A stretch of DNA of 64,000 nt, from positions 19,626,912 to 19,690,911 of the forward strand of contig NC_092675.1 of NCBI RefSeq assembly GCF_964355755.1, given 5' to 3'. Position 1 is the stretch's first letter, and the number at the start of each line of letters is the position of its first letter. This DNA comes from Antedon mediterranea (taxonomy: Eukaryota > Animalia > Echinodermata). Shown here piece after piece: positions 12,601 to 23,500 of this stretch. The notes below the pieces were generated by a model. It saw only the letters and a list, made by a program, of their open reading frames with translations, searched no databases and was not told where the DNA came from. A program made the position numbers and the translations under genes.

Positions 12601-15600
12601 CATTAAATATATGTACATATTGTATATGGCATATAATAGGCACAACTCAGTACTATAAGCATATAATAGGACGTCATACATCAACATTTTCTGATCGTAT
12701 GATAACGTACGTGCATGTAAAAAAAATTAATTTCAGTAAAATGATAAAATGATCACCTATAATTCGTCAAAGTGACGAATTAAATTCTAGTTACAAATTA
12801 CTATTGTCACATGCTCAACACGTCTTTATTTCATTTATTCCACATTTATGTAGTCATCAATTACATCATAATTGCAATACAACTGATAACAAGGATCCTG
12901 CATTAAAAAATCTGTAGCTTGGGGTTTTTTTTGTAGGACCCTTTTACATAAGAACAATACAAGTAAATAGAACTTAGATAAAACAGTCATTTCCCATAAA
13001 CAAAGGTGTTGTTAATCAGCATATAGTGATAAAAAAAAGTATTTTTTGACATGTTTTTTTATACATTTATTTTGTTTCTTTAAAATAATACTATAAAAAC
13101 AATAAACAATGTTATAACACACCTATCTTTACCATTTGATTGGTTAATTATGTGCTGTTCAGTATTAGTTAATGGTAGTTATTGCACGTTCAGGTTTACA
13201 ATACACATTTTTTTATTCAATTATTCAATTAAAACCAACAGCGATAAATACCGCCACTAACAGGTTTAAAACATAAAACAATACAACACCAAAAACGGTT
13301 AACAATAAAATACAGATAAAATATATAAATATTTTGAGAATTGTGTGTAATGTAAGACCTGCAAGACTGATCCTTGTTCACCTGCCTCCAGCATTGATTC
13401 AAGAGTGAAAGCAGCGAATTAATTAATAAAGTTTAGAAAGACAGAAACAGCAAACACAGCTAAATAATTTCTTTTCATTTTCTTTTTAAATTAGACAACA
13501 GGTTCAGGAACCGTTCGTTTCAATCCAAATCTGTACAGGTAATATATATTTCTTATGATGAATAATGGTAATTATAATTATTCATAAATAGATAGCAAAT
13601 AGAACAAACATTTTTGCACTCAAGCGGGAAATTACCTCACGACATTTGACCAAAATTTCTTGCGGAAGTCTTAGTAGTGTTACCATGTTGAATTCTGCTA
13701 CATTTTGCTAACAGGGCAAAAATGTCAAATTGACGCTTGAAAATATTGAATCATTGTATTGTAAATACATCTAAACAATACATGAATGCCATCTTAATCA
13801 TTATCAAATGTTGATATAAAATTTACGGTACACCATGTATATTTAAGCCTGTTTTCCTGTCGACGTTATTTGACGATCGTTGTTGTTGTTAATGATCAAC
13901 GACAATAGCGTCGAATAACGTCGACAGGAAAACAGGCTTTAATTCTGAAAAGAACTGTTGAGTTTCTCAACGTTTCGATCAACATACTTGAAGAAACTCA
14001 ACAGTTCTTTTCAGAACTAAATATACGTGGTGTATCGTAAACTTTATATCAACATGATGAAAATAATTATTCCCATTCAAATCATTCATTATTTGTGTTT
14101 ACCTGTTTATGCTAGTATCATTGTATCTACTACTGTAATTTCTGATTTCATAGTAACAATTTTATAATCATTTATCTATCTACTTCTTGTAAACTGCAGT
14201 AGCGGCAGGGTATGTCTTTCATTGCTTGGAACATGGGAGGGTTTCTCCGGGGAGCAGTGGAATGAAACGTCAACGATTCTTCAAATTCTAGTATCCATCC
14301 AGTCGCTCATACTGGTATCTGATCCATTTTTCAATGAGCCTGGAACTGAGAGGGAAATTGGAACAGTTCAAGGTGATAAACACAACAAAGAGTACAATAG
14401 AGGTGCTTAGCTTTTTTTACTGTGTTAATTATGATAATAGGAAAAATGATAATGTTGATATATAGTTTGCGTTACACCAAGTATATTTAGTTCTGAAAAG
14501 AACTGTTGAGTTTTTTGACATTTCGATCAATACACTTTGATCGTCCTCAGGAGTGAGAATGCAGAAAGTCCAGGAAACTGGGAATATAAGTGAAATTAGG
14601 TGTGCCTGGTGTGAAAGCTAAAAACAATAGCAAGGTTCACAGTGAGAGGGATAGAAACTAGCTATAGAAGAGCATTGTTTTTCATGAACAATGATGAATT
14701 GAAACTAGCTATAGAAGAAGAAATATGATAATGCTTAAATCTTAAAATCAACAGATTTTCATAAAATATATATTTTTATGTGAATACTTTCTGTCATATA
14801 AATGGTTTGGAACAGAAATTCTTATTTGTCAAACTAGCTTCAATTGTTTGTCGATTGATTTTAACCATTTTTTTGTTACCCATTGATGCTAACATGCCAT
14901 CATATATAGTATTATTGATGATAATTATTTCCATATATGGTGTGGACTGGGTAAAAAATTTGAATTTTTAATCATACTCGAATTGCCTTAACAATGGATT
15001 TCCCCAGGGCCTGTGTCCAAATTTAGCCTAAATAAGGCACTGGGATTATATTAATTATGAGGACAATGTCATGCGTGAGAGACGTTTGTACAAACGGCTA
15101 CGGCACCTGGACTATTCCATTTTCCTTTCAAGAGGTGTCCATATTGGGAATAATGGCATATGTCTATACAGGTAGGTATCTCACTCGAATAGACTACCGA
15201 CACCACTGTTGGTTTGTGTTGTTTATAATATGATAATTTTTAAATTTTACAGAAGTGCGAATGAACTGCATGAAGTGGGCTATCTTACACTACCTTGATT
15301 ATCCAGCCTATGGATTTGAAGATGTTATAATGAAGCATTTCTGTCTGAAGAAGAACAGGATACTAAAGGTAAGTTTAATTAGTCAACAAAGGAGCATGTC
15401 ATTTGAATAAAATTTAAAAAAATAACCAATAGAATAACGATGAAATTGAAGAGACGAAAAAGAAAGCCTTAAAATTAAATTGGAAGAAGATTTTGAAGAC
15501 AATTATAAGAAGTTGGGACACAGAATTACAACACGGGATGAGTGACAATCATCCACTAAAGCAGTAATAATATGCGGATGAAAGAGACTTTGGTTGTGTT

Positions 15601-15951
15601 TCACATGTGTTTTCATGGTTTTTTTTTTTTAAACATTGGATATAACCATCGCGTCAAGTTTGAAACTACCTTTTGAAGTAATCATTTCCTAGATCAAATC
15701 TTAGGAAGATTATTGCAGCACTGGATGTCCTTGGTATGATATGGCAATAAGATGCTTTGCCAATTTCAATGTAATATTTCTTGTAGGAAGTTGATCAGTG
15801 GATCAAAGAAGATTCAAATTCAAAATTCCGAAAGTCATGTGAGAAATTTAAGACGGAATTCAAATTGAAGGTGAAGACACCTCCAGAATTTCAAATCAGT
15901 GACAAAGAACAAGAAGAGAAGAACAAAGATCATCACAGTCACCACACCTGA
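631..15951 (+). CDS. Tandem-E2 protein: UBE2Q-like (Cys-less) E2 fold + BIRC6-type C-terminal ubiquitin-conjugating domain; 5' end lies upstream of the window
   Basis: GT-AG exons: 631-763, 1394-1488, 2205-2284, 2717-2849, 3436-3488, 3912-3977, 4266-4356, 4861-4959, 5330-5387, 5611-5825, 7094-7141, 7596-7632, 7792-7880, 8059-8279, 9261-9450, 9874-9952, 10330-10475, 10801-10841, 11137-11230, 13495-13538, 14200-14402, 15253-15368, 15787-15951 (TGA). Phases join and the total is 2496 nt (831 aa + stop). Motifs: DNIYKWHAKLFDF..YPFYPPLVKVIRPKL (UBE2Q-like); [118 protein letters not shown] (BIRC6/UBE2O/UBE2Z-type UBC; catalytic Cys codon 14213-14215). Confidence 0.88.
772..932. mobile_element. Harbinger-type MITE family A (TIR AGCTCTGTCTACACTATCAAAC), copy 1
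   Basis: TIRs agctctgtttacactatcaaact / agtttgatagtgtagacatagct, TWA flanks, and internal ~21-bp repeats atatcactaccacatttagga. Confidence 0.8.
1636..1955. mobile_element. Harbinger-type MITE family B
   Basis: TIRs agcttgattcccactagcgacgcaacgtaa / ttacgttgcgttctagtgggaaccatgct, with a TAA TSD at 1633-1635 and 1956-1958. A partial end also occurs at ~2528-2560. Confidence 0.82.
2319..2416. mobile_element. MITE family A, short copy
   Basis: agctctgtctacactatcaaact ... agtttgatagtgtagaca. Confidence 0.75.
3009..3169. mobile_element. MITE family A copy
   Basis: agctctgtctacactatcaaac ... gtgtagacagagct, with internal cactaccatatt repeats. Confidence 0.8.
4457..4593. mobile_element. MITE family A copy (another partial copy at 4766-~4828)
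   Basis: Same TIR and internal gatgatgtcatatcactaccatatttgggcacatcacac core. Confidence 0.78.
5842..6472. mobile_element. MITE family B copy interrupted by a nested LINE fragment
   Basis: Left end attcccactagcgacgcaacgtaacgcaa (to ~5890). Homology with 1636-1955 resumes at tgcccttctaataattgtgtttgcccc (~6318) and runs to ctagtgggaaccacgct. Confidence 0.78.
5891..6317 (-). mobile_element. 5'-truncated CR1/L2-group LINE 3' end
   Basis: The minus strand encodes ..EFKEWLPPLR.. and PSVKTERYKCSPIPYLVNILN, a typical RT C-terminus, then an AT-rich UTR ending in an (AAAT)n-like tail near 5903. Confidence 0.7.
6587..6655 (-). mobile_element. L2-clade LINE/SINE 3' tail
   Basis: Minus strand tgtaaagcacctag..taggcgctatataaatactgtttattattattatta: L2-type stem-loop plus (TTA)n tail. 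A similar tail lies on + at ~32071-32128. Confidence 0.6.
6678..6939. repeat. Three interspersed copies of a 43-bp GC-rich motif
   Basis: aaactatcccccgccggacaccatcccggtatttctgagtcaa at 6678, 6792 and 6897, separated by largely dissimilar sequence. Confidence 0.85.
8841..9162. mobile_element. Kolobok-like non-autonomous DNA element
   Basis: 16-bp perfect TIR agatgtattgtccccc / gggggacaatacatct, with TTAA on both sides (8837-8840, 9163-9166). Confidence 0.75.
9987..10130. mobile_element. MITE family A copy
   Basis: Same TIRs and core. Confidence 0.78.
11250..12790 (+). mobile_element. Non-autonomous Helentron/Helitron-type element (HINE/DINE-1-like), ~1.5 kb
   Basis: 5' subterminal IR taggtgctcattt (11250-11262) with adjacent inverted copy aaatgatcaccta (11269-11281); 3' subterminal aaatgatcaccta (12747-12759); hairpin aattcgtca-aag-tgacgaatt (12761-12781); CTAG end followed by TT. 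Confidence 0.72.
13808..14055. mobile_element. Inverted (fold-back) Penelope-like element termini with partial hammerhead
   Basis: Left arm 13808-13991 (interrupted by a MITE) is the reverse complement of right arm 13992-14055. The minus strand carries ..TTGATC-GAAACGTT-GAGAAACTC. Homologous to 14452-14560. Confidence 0.65.
13846..13938. mobile_element. Small Harbinger-type MITE (family C) nested in the Penelope-like remnant
   Basis: TIR agcctgttttcctgtcgacgttatt / aataacgtcgacaggaaaacaggct, TTA TSD at 13843-13845 and 13939-13941. The empty site tatatttagttctg is seen in the paralogous copy near 14482. Confidence 0.85.
14452..14720 (-). mobile_element. Penelope-like element remnant carrying a decayed minimal hammerhead motif
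   Basis: Minus strand 14555->14512: CACTC-CTGAGGA-C-GATCAA(AGTGTA)TTGATC-GAAA-TGTC-AAAAA. The downstream part matches the arms at 13808-14055. Confidence 0.65.
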
Positions 15952-17046
15952 ACATAAACCATTCTGTAGATATGTGTGAGAACATTTATTTAACAACCAA
16001 TACATAAAAATATGTTGTTATTGAAAGTCATGGTCAATTAATTCCAGATTTCACATGAACAATACAAACAATAAATTAACACACATGCTAGACCCCAGGG
16101 ACTCCCAACAGCGAACTCAATCATAATAACATGTATCCCTCTAGTGTAGAACTGAGCATGCACACTACAACACCATAAACCAACATAATCTTAACACTAA
16201 CCATGGAAGAATTATTTAGAATTATTATTATTATAACTAAACACATTTATTCACTGGAACTAAGTATTGATTGCGTCTAAACTGGTATGTTGAGATTATG
16301 GAGCGGAAAGGCCCCAGACAAAATATAAAGTATATTAAGAAAGAACAAAATTTATTTCTATAAAGTAGAAGTAAAGCATTAAAATTGTTTTCCATTTTCA
16401 ATCCATATAAGGAAGAATACAATTTTGTCTATACATATTTCAAATTCATTTTTAAAGCAAAATCTAGAGTAAAAATTGCAACCATAGAACGCAATGCAAG
16501 TAAGAGGTCAGTCCACTATAACCTTTAACCTTCCCACCAATATCATATCATTACCAATTTTTGATATTTTTAGGACCAAAATAATGTTTTTGTTTTAATA
16601 TTGTTTTTTATATTCATATTCAAAATGAATAAACAAATCATATCAGAACTAAAAAAAGTTTGTAAATATTGAGAAAACAATATCGTTGTACATTTATAAA
16701 AAAAATCAAATCAATGTTTTTAAATATATTATAAATGTTTTTTTAAAGAAATGAGAGGTTCTTTTTACCATTTTTTTTCCTTTATTTTTTTTTTTACTAA
16801 GAAGCCAATGTAGATATTCTAAAGTGATCCAGTATTTTTATTCATTGCATAGCCAGCCCAATATAAGTTGTAGAAGCAAAGTATGTGTATGTTTTTCAAT
16901 TCTTTTGTTGATCAAATAAAAAATGATAACAATAGTTGACTTGTACCTTGTGAAGGAACTGGTTTATAAACAGTATATATATATTTTTTTTTTTTGTATT
17001 TCAGCAGTGTGTGATTTTTTTTTTTCGTTTTTTAAGTGCAATATAA

Positions 17047-17160
17047 CATTTTATTTTAAACTTATTGTTGTAGTGTTACTCTACAGTACCCCACAGTTTT
17101 ATGTTTCACCGATTGATATTGCACCCTCTGTCCCAATGTAGAGCAAAGTTTCTTAGATTT
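17047..17160. repeat. 114-bp segment duplicated exactly at 18996-19109
   Basis: Base-by-base identity cattttattttaaac...gtttcttagattt in both places. Confidence 0.9.
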
Positions 17161-17654
17161 ATTATTTATTTTTTCTTTTTTACCAATAGTATTTATTTGC
17201 TTAGCTAATTTTTATAGAAAATATATAATTGATATATCATAATAATAACTAAAAAGTAATATAATTATTATTAAAAATATTATTTCTTCTAATCACAAGT
17301 ATAAATATATACATCTGGAATATGTATTTTTGCGTTTTTAGCCAAATGAAGTCATTATAAATGAAGCCATTAATGTTTTTAATTGTATAGTTAGAACAAA
17401 ACAAGCTTTTATTGTATTTTAATATTCTTTACCTTTGATTTTTTTAATTGCTTTTATACAACTTAAATGTTTGACTGTAGATATCACACATGAGAAATAT
17501 AATATTCTGTTATCTTCCTCTATATTATTCATAGTGAAAGTATGAGCTATCAAGTTTGTTTATTTTGGAAAATAAAATAAAGAAAACTGAAATTAATAAC
17601 TAGAGTATTTACTTTTTAAAATTTTATGTTGAAGATTTATACAATAAATAGTGT

Positions 17655-18807
17655 TATTCATTCATTCCATTCATTAATCCATTCATTCATTCACTCCATC
17701 CATTCATTCACTCTATTCATTCATTCACTCCATTCATTCACTCATTCACTCCATCCATTCATTCATTCATTCACTCCATTCATTCATTCACTCCATTCAT
17801 TCCTTCACTCCATTCATTCATTTATTCATTCATTCATTTACTCCATTCATTCACTCCATTCATTCACTCCATTCATTTATTCACACACTACATTCATTCA
17901 TCCATTCATTTACTCCATTCATCCATTCATTTACTCCATCCATTCATTCATTCACTCCATTCATTCAATTTATTCACACCATTCATTCATTCACTCCATT
18001 CATTCATTCACTCCATTCATTCATTCATTCACTCCATCCATTCATTCACACACTACATTCATTCAATTCATTTATTCACACACTTCATTCATTCATTCAC
18101 TCCATTCATTCATTCACTCCATTCATTCATTCATTCACTCCATTCATTCATTCACTCCATTCATTCATTCATTCACTCCATTCATTCATTCACTCCATTC
18201 ATTCACTCCATTCATTCACTCCATCCATTCACTCCATCCATTCATTCATTCACTCCATTCATTCAATTCATTTATTCACACACTTCATTCATTCATTCAT
18301 TCACTCCATTCATTCATTCACTCCATTCATTCATTCATTCATTCACTCCATCCATTCATTCATTCACTCCATTCATTCAATTCATTCATTCACTCCATCC
18401 ATTCATTCATTCACTCCATTCATTCATTCACTCCATTCATTCATTCATTCACTCCATTCATTCATTCACTCCATTCATTCATTCATTCATTCACTCCATC
18501 CATTCATTCATTCATTCACTCCATTCATTCAATTCATTTATTCACACACTTCATTCATTCATTCACTCCATTCATTCATTCACTCCATTCATTCATTCAC
18601 TCCATTCATTCATTCATTCATTCACTCCATCCATTCATTCACACACTACATTCATTCTTCCATTCATTTACTCCATTCATTTTTTCATTCATTCATTTAC
18701 TCCATTCATTCATTCACTCACTCCATTCATTCATTCACTCCATTCATTCATTCACTCCATCCATCCATTCACTCCATCCATCCATTCATTCACCCCATTC
18801 ATTCATT
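17655..18807. repeat. Degenerate (ATTC)n / CACTCCATTC microsatellite, ~1.15 kb
   Basis: G-free tract of cattcattcactccatt variants between the convergent 3' ends of the E2 gene and SVEP1. Confidence 0.95.
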
Positions 18808-19111
18808 AGACTGAAAACTTATTGAATTCTTGTTCTGGATGCATTAACAATACAAGATCAAATAAAGTGAAAGCATTTTCTGAGGGTTGGTATCATTCCG
18901 TATGTAATTTCAATATTGGCAAATTATAATTTAAAGTTACTTTTCAGTTCCATGTAATGTGTTTGTAACATGCATATGCATTAAAACCGACAAGTCATTT
19001 TATTTTAAACTTATTGTTGTAGTGTTACTCTACAGTACCCCACAGTTTTATGTTTCACCGATTGATATTGCACCCTCTGTCCCAATGTAGAGCAAAGTTT
19101 CTTAGATTTGC

Positions 19112-19275
19112 CAGTGGTGTGACGCATGTGCCTGAGACCCCAGGCTAAGCAACGCTGGAGGCCTTGGTCATTTTTAGCCTTTTTCGACATATTTTAAAGC
19201 CTGTTTTTTTTCCCTGGCCACTGCTCAGGGGCCCCTGGGCTTAGCCAGTGAGTGCTCATAGCCGTTACGCCACTA
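19112..19275. mobile_element. hAT-type MITE
   Basis: Ends cagtggtgtgac / gttacgccacta; internal homology (cctgagaccc, tttttagccttt, gctcaggggcc) to 62343-62484. Confidence 0.7.
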
Positions 19276-20514
19276 AACACTGCTTACATATACAATACCA
19301 ACTTCAGTACCGAGGTGGTAGCAGGGGTAAAATATTTATCAACAAAATATCAATTTTATAAGTTAACTTAACATGATAATCAAAAAGATAAGACAATATT
19401 GTTATTTCTTGAGTTTATTACGCATACACAGCTAAAAACAATATTTACAGTTTAAATAAACAAAATGTCAATGATAATGGGGACAATTATTTCTTATGGC
19501 CAAACTCCGACCACAGAAAACGAGAATTTATAGTAGAATTTCGAAAGTTGTCATAAAACTGCTAACCCATAAATGACAGACAAACAATAGAACAAACGTG
19601 CACCAGAATAAAATCCTAAACATTTGCTAAATGCTCTTAGCTTATGAAATAGATTTCAACTACAACTAGATTTATATAATACTGTACATGCTTACTACTT
19701 GAATCATATTTCTGCTATTAATAACATTTGTTTTAAATTTATATATAAAATATGTATGTAATTAATAGCTTCAAATTTATATACAAAACTAATGCATAGT
19801 TCAAAACAAATAAAAAATCTATTTTACATTAAATTGTTTAATGATTATATAACACATCTTGGTATGTAATAGAATAATGATTAAAAACTACATTTTTATG
19901 TTATTATTACTTAAAATTTGTCATCATATTATCAAATATATTTTTGTATATCATTGTCGAAACAAATGAATCATGTTCTCTACAACCTTGTTAAACTTCT
20001 GATTATACTTTAGTTAGTAGACATAGCATACACCATTCATAATATTATATGATTCAAAATACAGCAAAATAAACACTTTTTTGGTCATAATTAGCTTTCT
20101 GACAATTTCTATATACAATAATGTTTATTAGTGTACAACATAAACTAAATAATATCTAATTTATGCCAAATATTATACTGATGTTCACAACTAATCGGTT
20201 TAAACTAAATAAGGCATAAGCCCAACAGATCATGGGATTAAACTATACTTCCAATATGATTTTGGTTTTTTTTTTAAATGGAGGGGGGGGGGGCCCTATA
20301 TGAACATGGATTTAGAAAACAAAGACACAAGATATCTTTTTCAACCCCTCAACATGTGATCATTTAAGAACACTTAGTATGTCTTGATATCCAACAATTT
20401 AAGTGCTCATTTTAGTCAGTAATATAAATCACTACGATTGTTTAATATTAAATTTGTACATAATTGGTTTTTAATCACTTTTTACCCAGCTTTCAGTCTT
20501 CTGTCTTCATTAAA

Positions 20515-23500
20515 TTAGTTGTGTACAGCTAAAAAAAAATTGCAAGAACCAGGTTAAAAGAGAAACAAATTTCATTTTAAAGGGTTTTTTACCAAAATAT
20601 TATTCTTGGCCTAGCAGTTTTAAAGTTTAAGATTGACTTATAAACAAATTACAAAACAATATTCGTGTTACATTTTCACAATTTGTATTTTAAAAATTAT
20701 TTCCAATAGAGTTGGACGTTTTTAATTTTTACATAATATATAGTTACTTGGTCTATGCTAGTCAATCATATTATAGCCCTATTTGCTGGCCAATAATTTG
20801 ATATTCTCCATTCTTTCTCTGTTGTATTTATTGTACTATATGTATACCTGTACTCACCAGTATGGCATCTTTCACCAGTGAAGCCAGCAGGACATTGGCA
20901 GACATTGTAACCTACACAAATACCACCATTACGACAGTGTTGAGTACAGATTGGTGTTCTTGGATAGTAGATGGCATGTAGAGCTTGGAAAAAGAAAAGT
21001 TAAATGTCTTGTAGATCATTGGATTGTCACTGACACCATAAACACAAACTTGGCAATTGGAAGAAAGGAAAAAAGCTTATGTGTGATGTTTGCCATTAGA
21101 CTACTGGAGCACCCTTTACGATTAGACTACTGGATCACCCTTTACAATTAGACTACTGGAGCACCCTTTACAATTAGACTACTGGAGCACCCTTTACGAT
21201 TAGACTACTGGAGCACCCTTTACAATTAGACTACTGGAGCACACTTTACAATTAGACTACTGGAGCACCCTTTACAATTAGACTACTGGAGCACACTTTA
21301 CAATTAGACTACTGGAGCACCCTTTACAATTAGACTACTGGAGCACACTTTACAATTAGACTACTGGAGCACCCTTTACAATTAGACTACTGGAGCACAC
21401 TTTACAATTATACTACTGGAGCACCCTTTACAATTAGACTACTGGAGCACCCTTTACAATTAGACTACTGGAGCACACTTTACAATTAGACTACTGGAGC
21501 ACCCTTTACAATTAGACTACTGGAGCACCCTTTACAATTAGACTACTGGAGCACCCTTTACAATTAGACTACTGGAGCACACTTTACAATTAGACTACTG
21601 GAGCACCCTTTACAATTAGACTACTGGAGCACCCTTTACAATTAGACTACTGGAGCACCCTTTACAATTAGACTACTGGAGCACACTTTACAATTAGACT
21701 ACTGGAGCACCCTTTACAATTAGACTACTGGAGCACACTTTACAATTAGACTACTGGAGCACCCTTTACAATTAGACTACTGGAGCACCCTTTACAATTA
21801 GACTACTGGAGCACCCTTTACAATTAGACTACTGGAGCACCCTTTACAATTAGACTACTGGAGCACCCTTTACAATTAGACTACTGGAGCACACTTTACA
21901 ATTAGACTACTGGAGCACCCTTTACAATTAGACTACTGGAGCACCCTTTACGATTAGACTACTGAAGCACCCTTTCCATTAAACTAATGGAGCACCCCTT
22001 CCATTAAACTAATGGAGCACCCTTTCCGTTAAACTAATGGAGCACCCTTTCCAATAAACTACTGGAGCACCCTTTACAATTAGACTACTGGAGCACCCTT
22101 TACAATTAGACTACTGGAGCACCCTTTACAATTAGACTACTGGAGCACCCTTTACAATTAGACTACTGGAGCACCCTTTACAATTAGACTTCTGGAGCAC
22201 CCTTTACAATTAGACTACTGGAGCACCCTTTACGATTAGACTACTGGAGCACCCTTTACAATTAGACTACTGGAGCACCCTTTACAATTAGACTACTGGA
22301 GCACCCTTTACAATTAGACTACTGGAGCACCCTTTACAATTAGACTACTGGAGCACCCTTTACAATTAGACTACTGGAGCACCCTTTACAATTAGACTAC
22401 TGGAGCACCCTTTACAATTAGACTACTGGAGCACCCTTTCCATTAAACTAATGGAGCACCCCTTCCATTAAACTAATGGAGCACCCTTTCCGTTAAACTA
22501 ATGGAGCACCCTTTCCGTTAAACTACTGGAGCTCCCTTACCATTAGATCATGGTATGATATCTGAATAGTACTTTTTTCACCCTCTATGTGGTACATTGA
22601 ATAGCACAATTTCTAGAGTGTGTGCACATTTTTTATACTTACGAACACACTGAGGCAAATGCCCTTGCCACTGGTTGTTGATATTGCAGTACATTTGACT
22701 TCGATAATGTTTCATTACATAACCATTGGTACAAGTGTAGAAAGCAGTTTGATGACCTCTTGGCGAGACTCCCAATCGATAATTACCATTCTGGATATCA
22801 GGTGCTGGTCCACAGCCAGAAGTCTTTACACATTGTGGTTTAGGATTATCCCATGTTCCATCTGCAATACATGTGCTGCTTTCAACACCATTGATTTCAA
22901 ACCCAGAATTACATCTGAAAATAACTGTTCTGTGTCCATTTTCATTTTCGAGTATGGTGACTTCGCCATCCGTAAGGTTTAATGGAGGACAGGTTAATGG
23001 TTTACATACTGGGATTGAGCCATTCCATGCACCATTACTATTACATGTTAATGAGGTTGGTCCATGAATTTGAAAATTATTCTTACAACTAAATTCTATA
23101 ACTGCTCCAACTGAATGATTAAGACCACTAACAGTGAGATGTTTGTCATGCAAGACAAGTGGAAATGGACATTCGATTGCAATACATGGATTAATTGTAA
23201 AATTCCATGTTCCATTAGCTTGGCATATCATAGTGTTTCCTTGCGGTTTGAATCCAGGACTACATACAAAATTAATGATGTCTCCAAAGCTGTAGTCTGA
23301 TTTTGTATTTGCAGGCGATGCATTTGTGAATAGAGGGGGTGGTGGACATTTGACAGAAGAGCAAACTGGTGCTGAATCACTCCATGTTTCATCAATTAAG
23401 CATGTCCTTTCAGTTGGTCCATCAAGATTGTATCCAATATCACACATGTATGTGACAACATCCTGATATGTGCCATCTGCATAATTGATAACTGAATGTG

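Noticed and set aside
5330-15951. Calling the gene BIRC6
   Set aside because: Only the C-terminal module resembles BIRC6; the upstream exons encode a UBE2Q-like fold instead, and no BIR domain is visible.
17626-18825. 399-aa His/Ser/Phe/Ile-rich ORF
   Set aside because: It is the translation of a G-free (ATTC)n microsatellite, which cannot form TAG/TGA and rarely TAA; there is no other coding evidence.
21093-22548. CRISPR-like array
   Set aside because: Units are head-to-tail with no unique spacers, lie inside a eukaryotic intron, and no cas genes are present.
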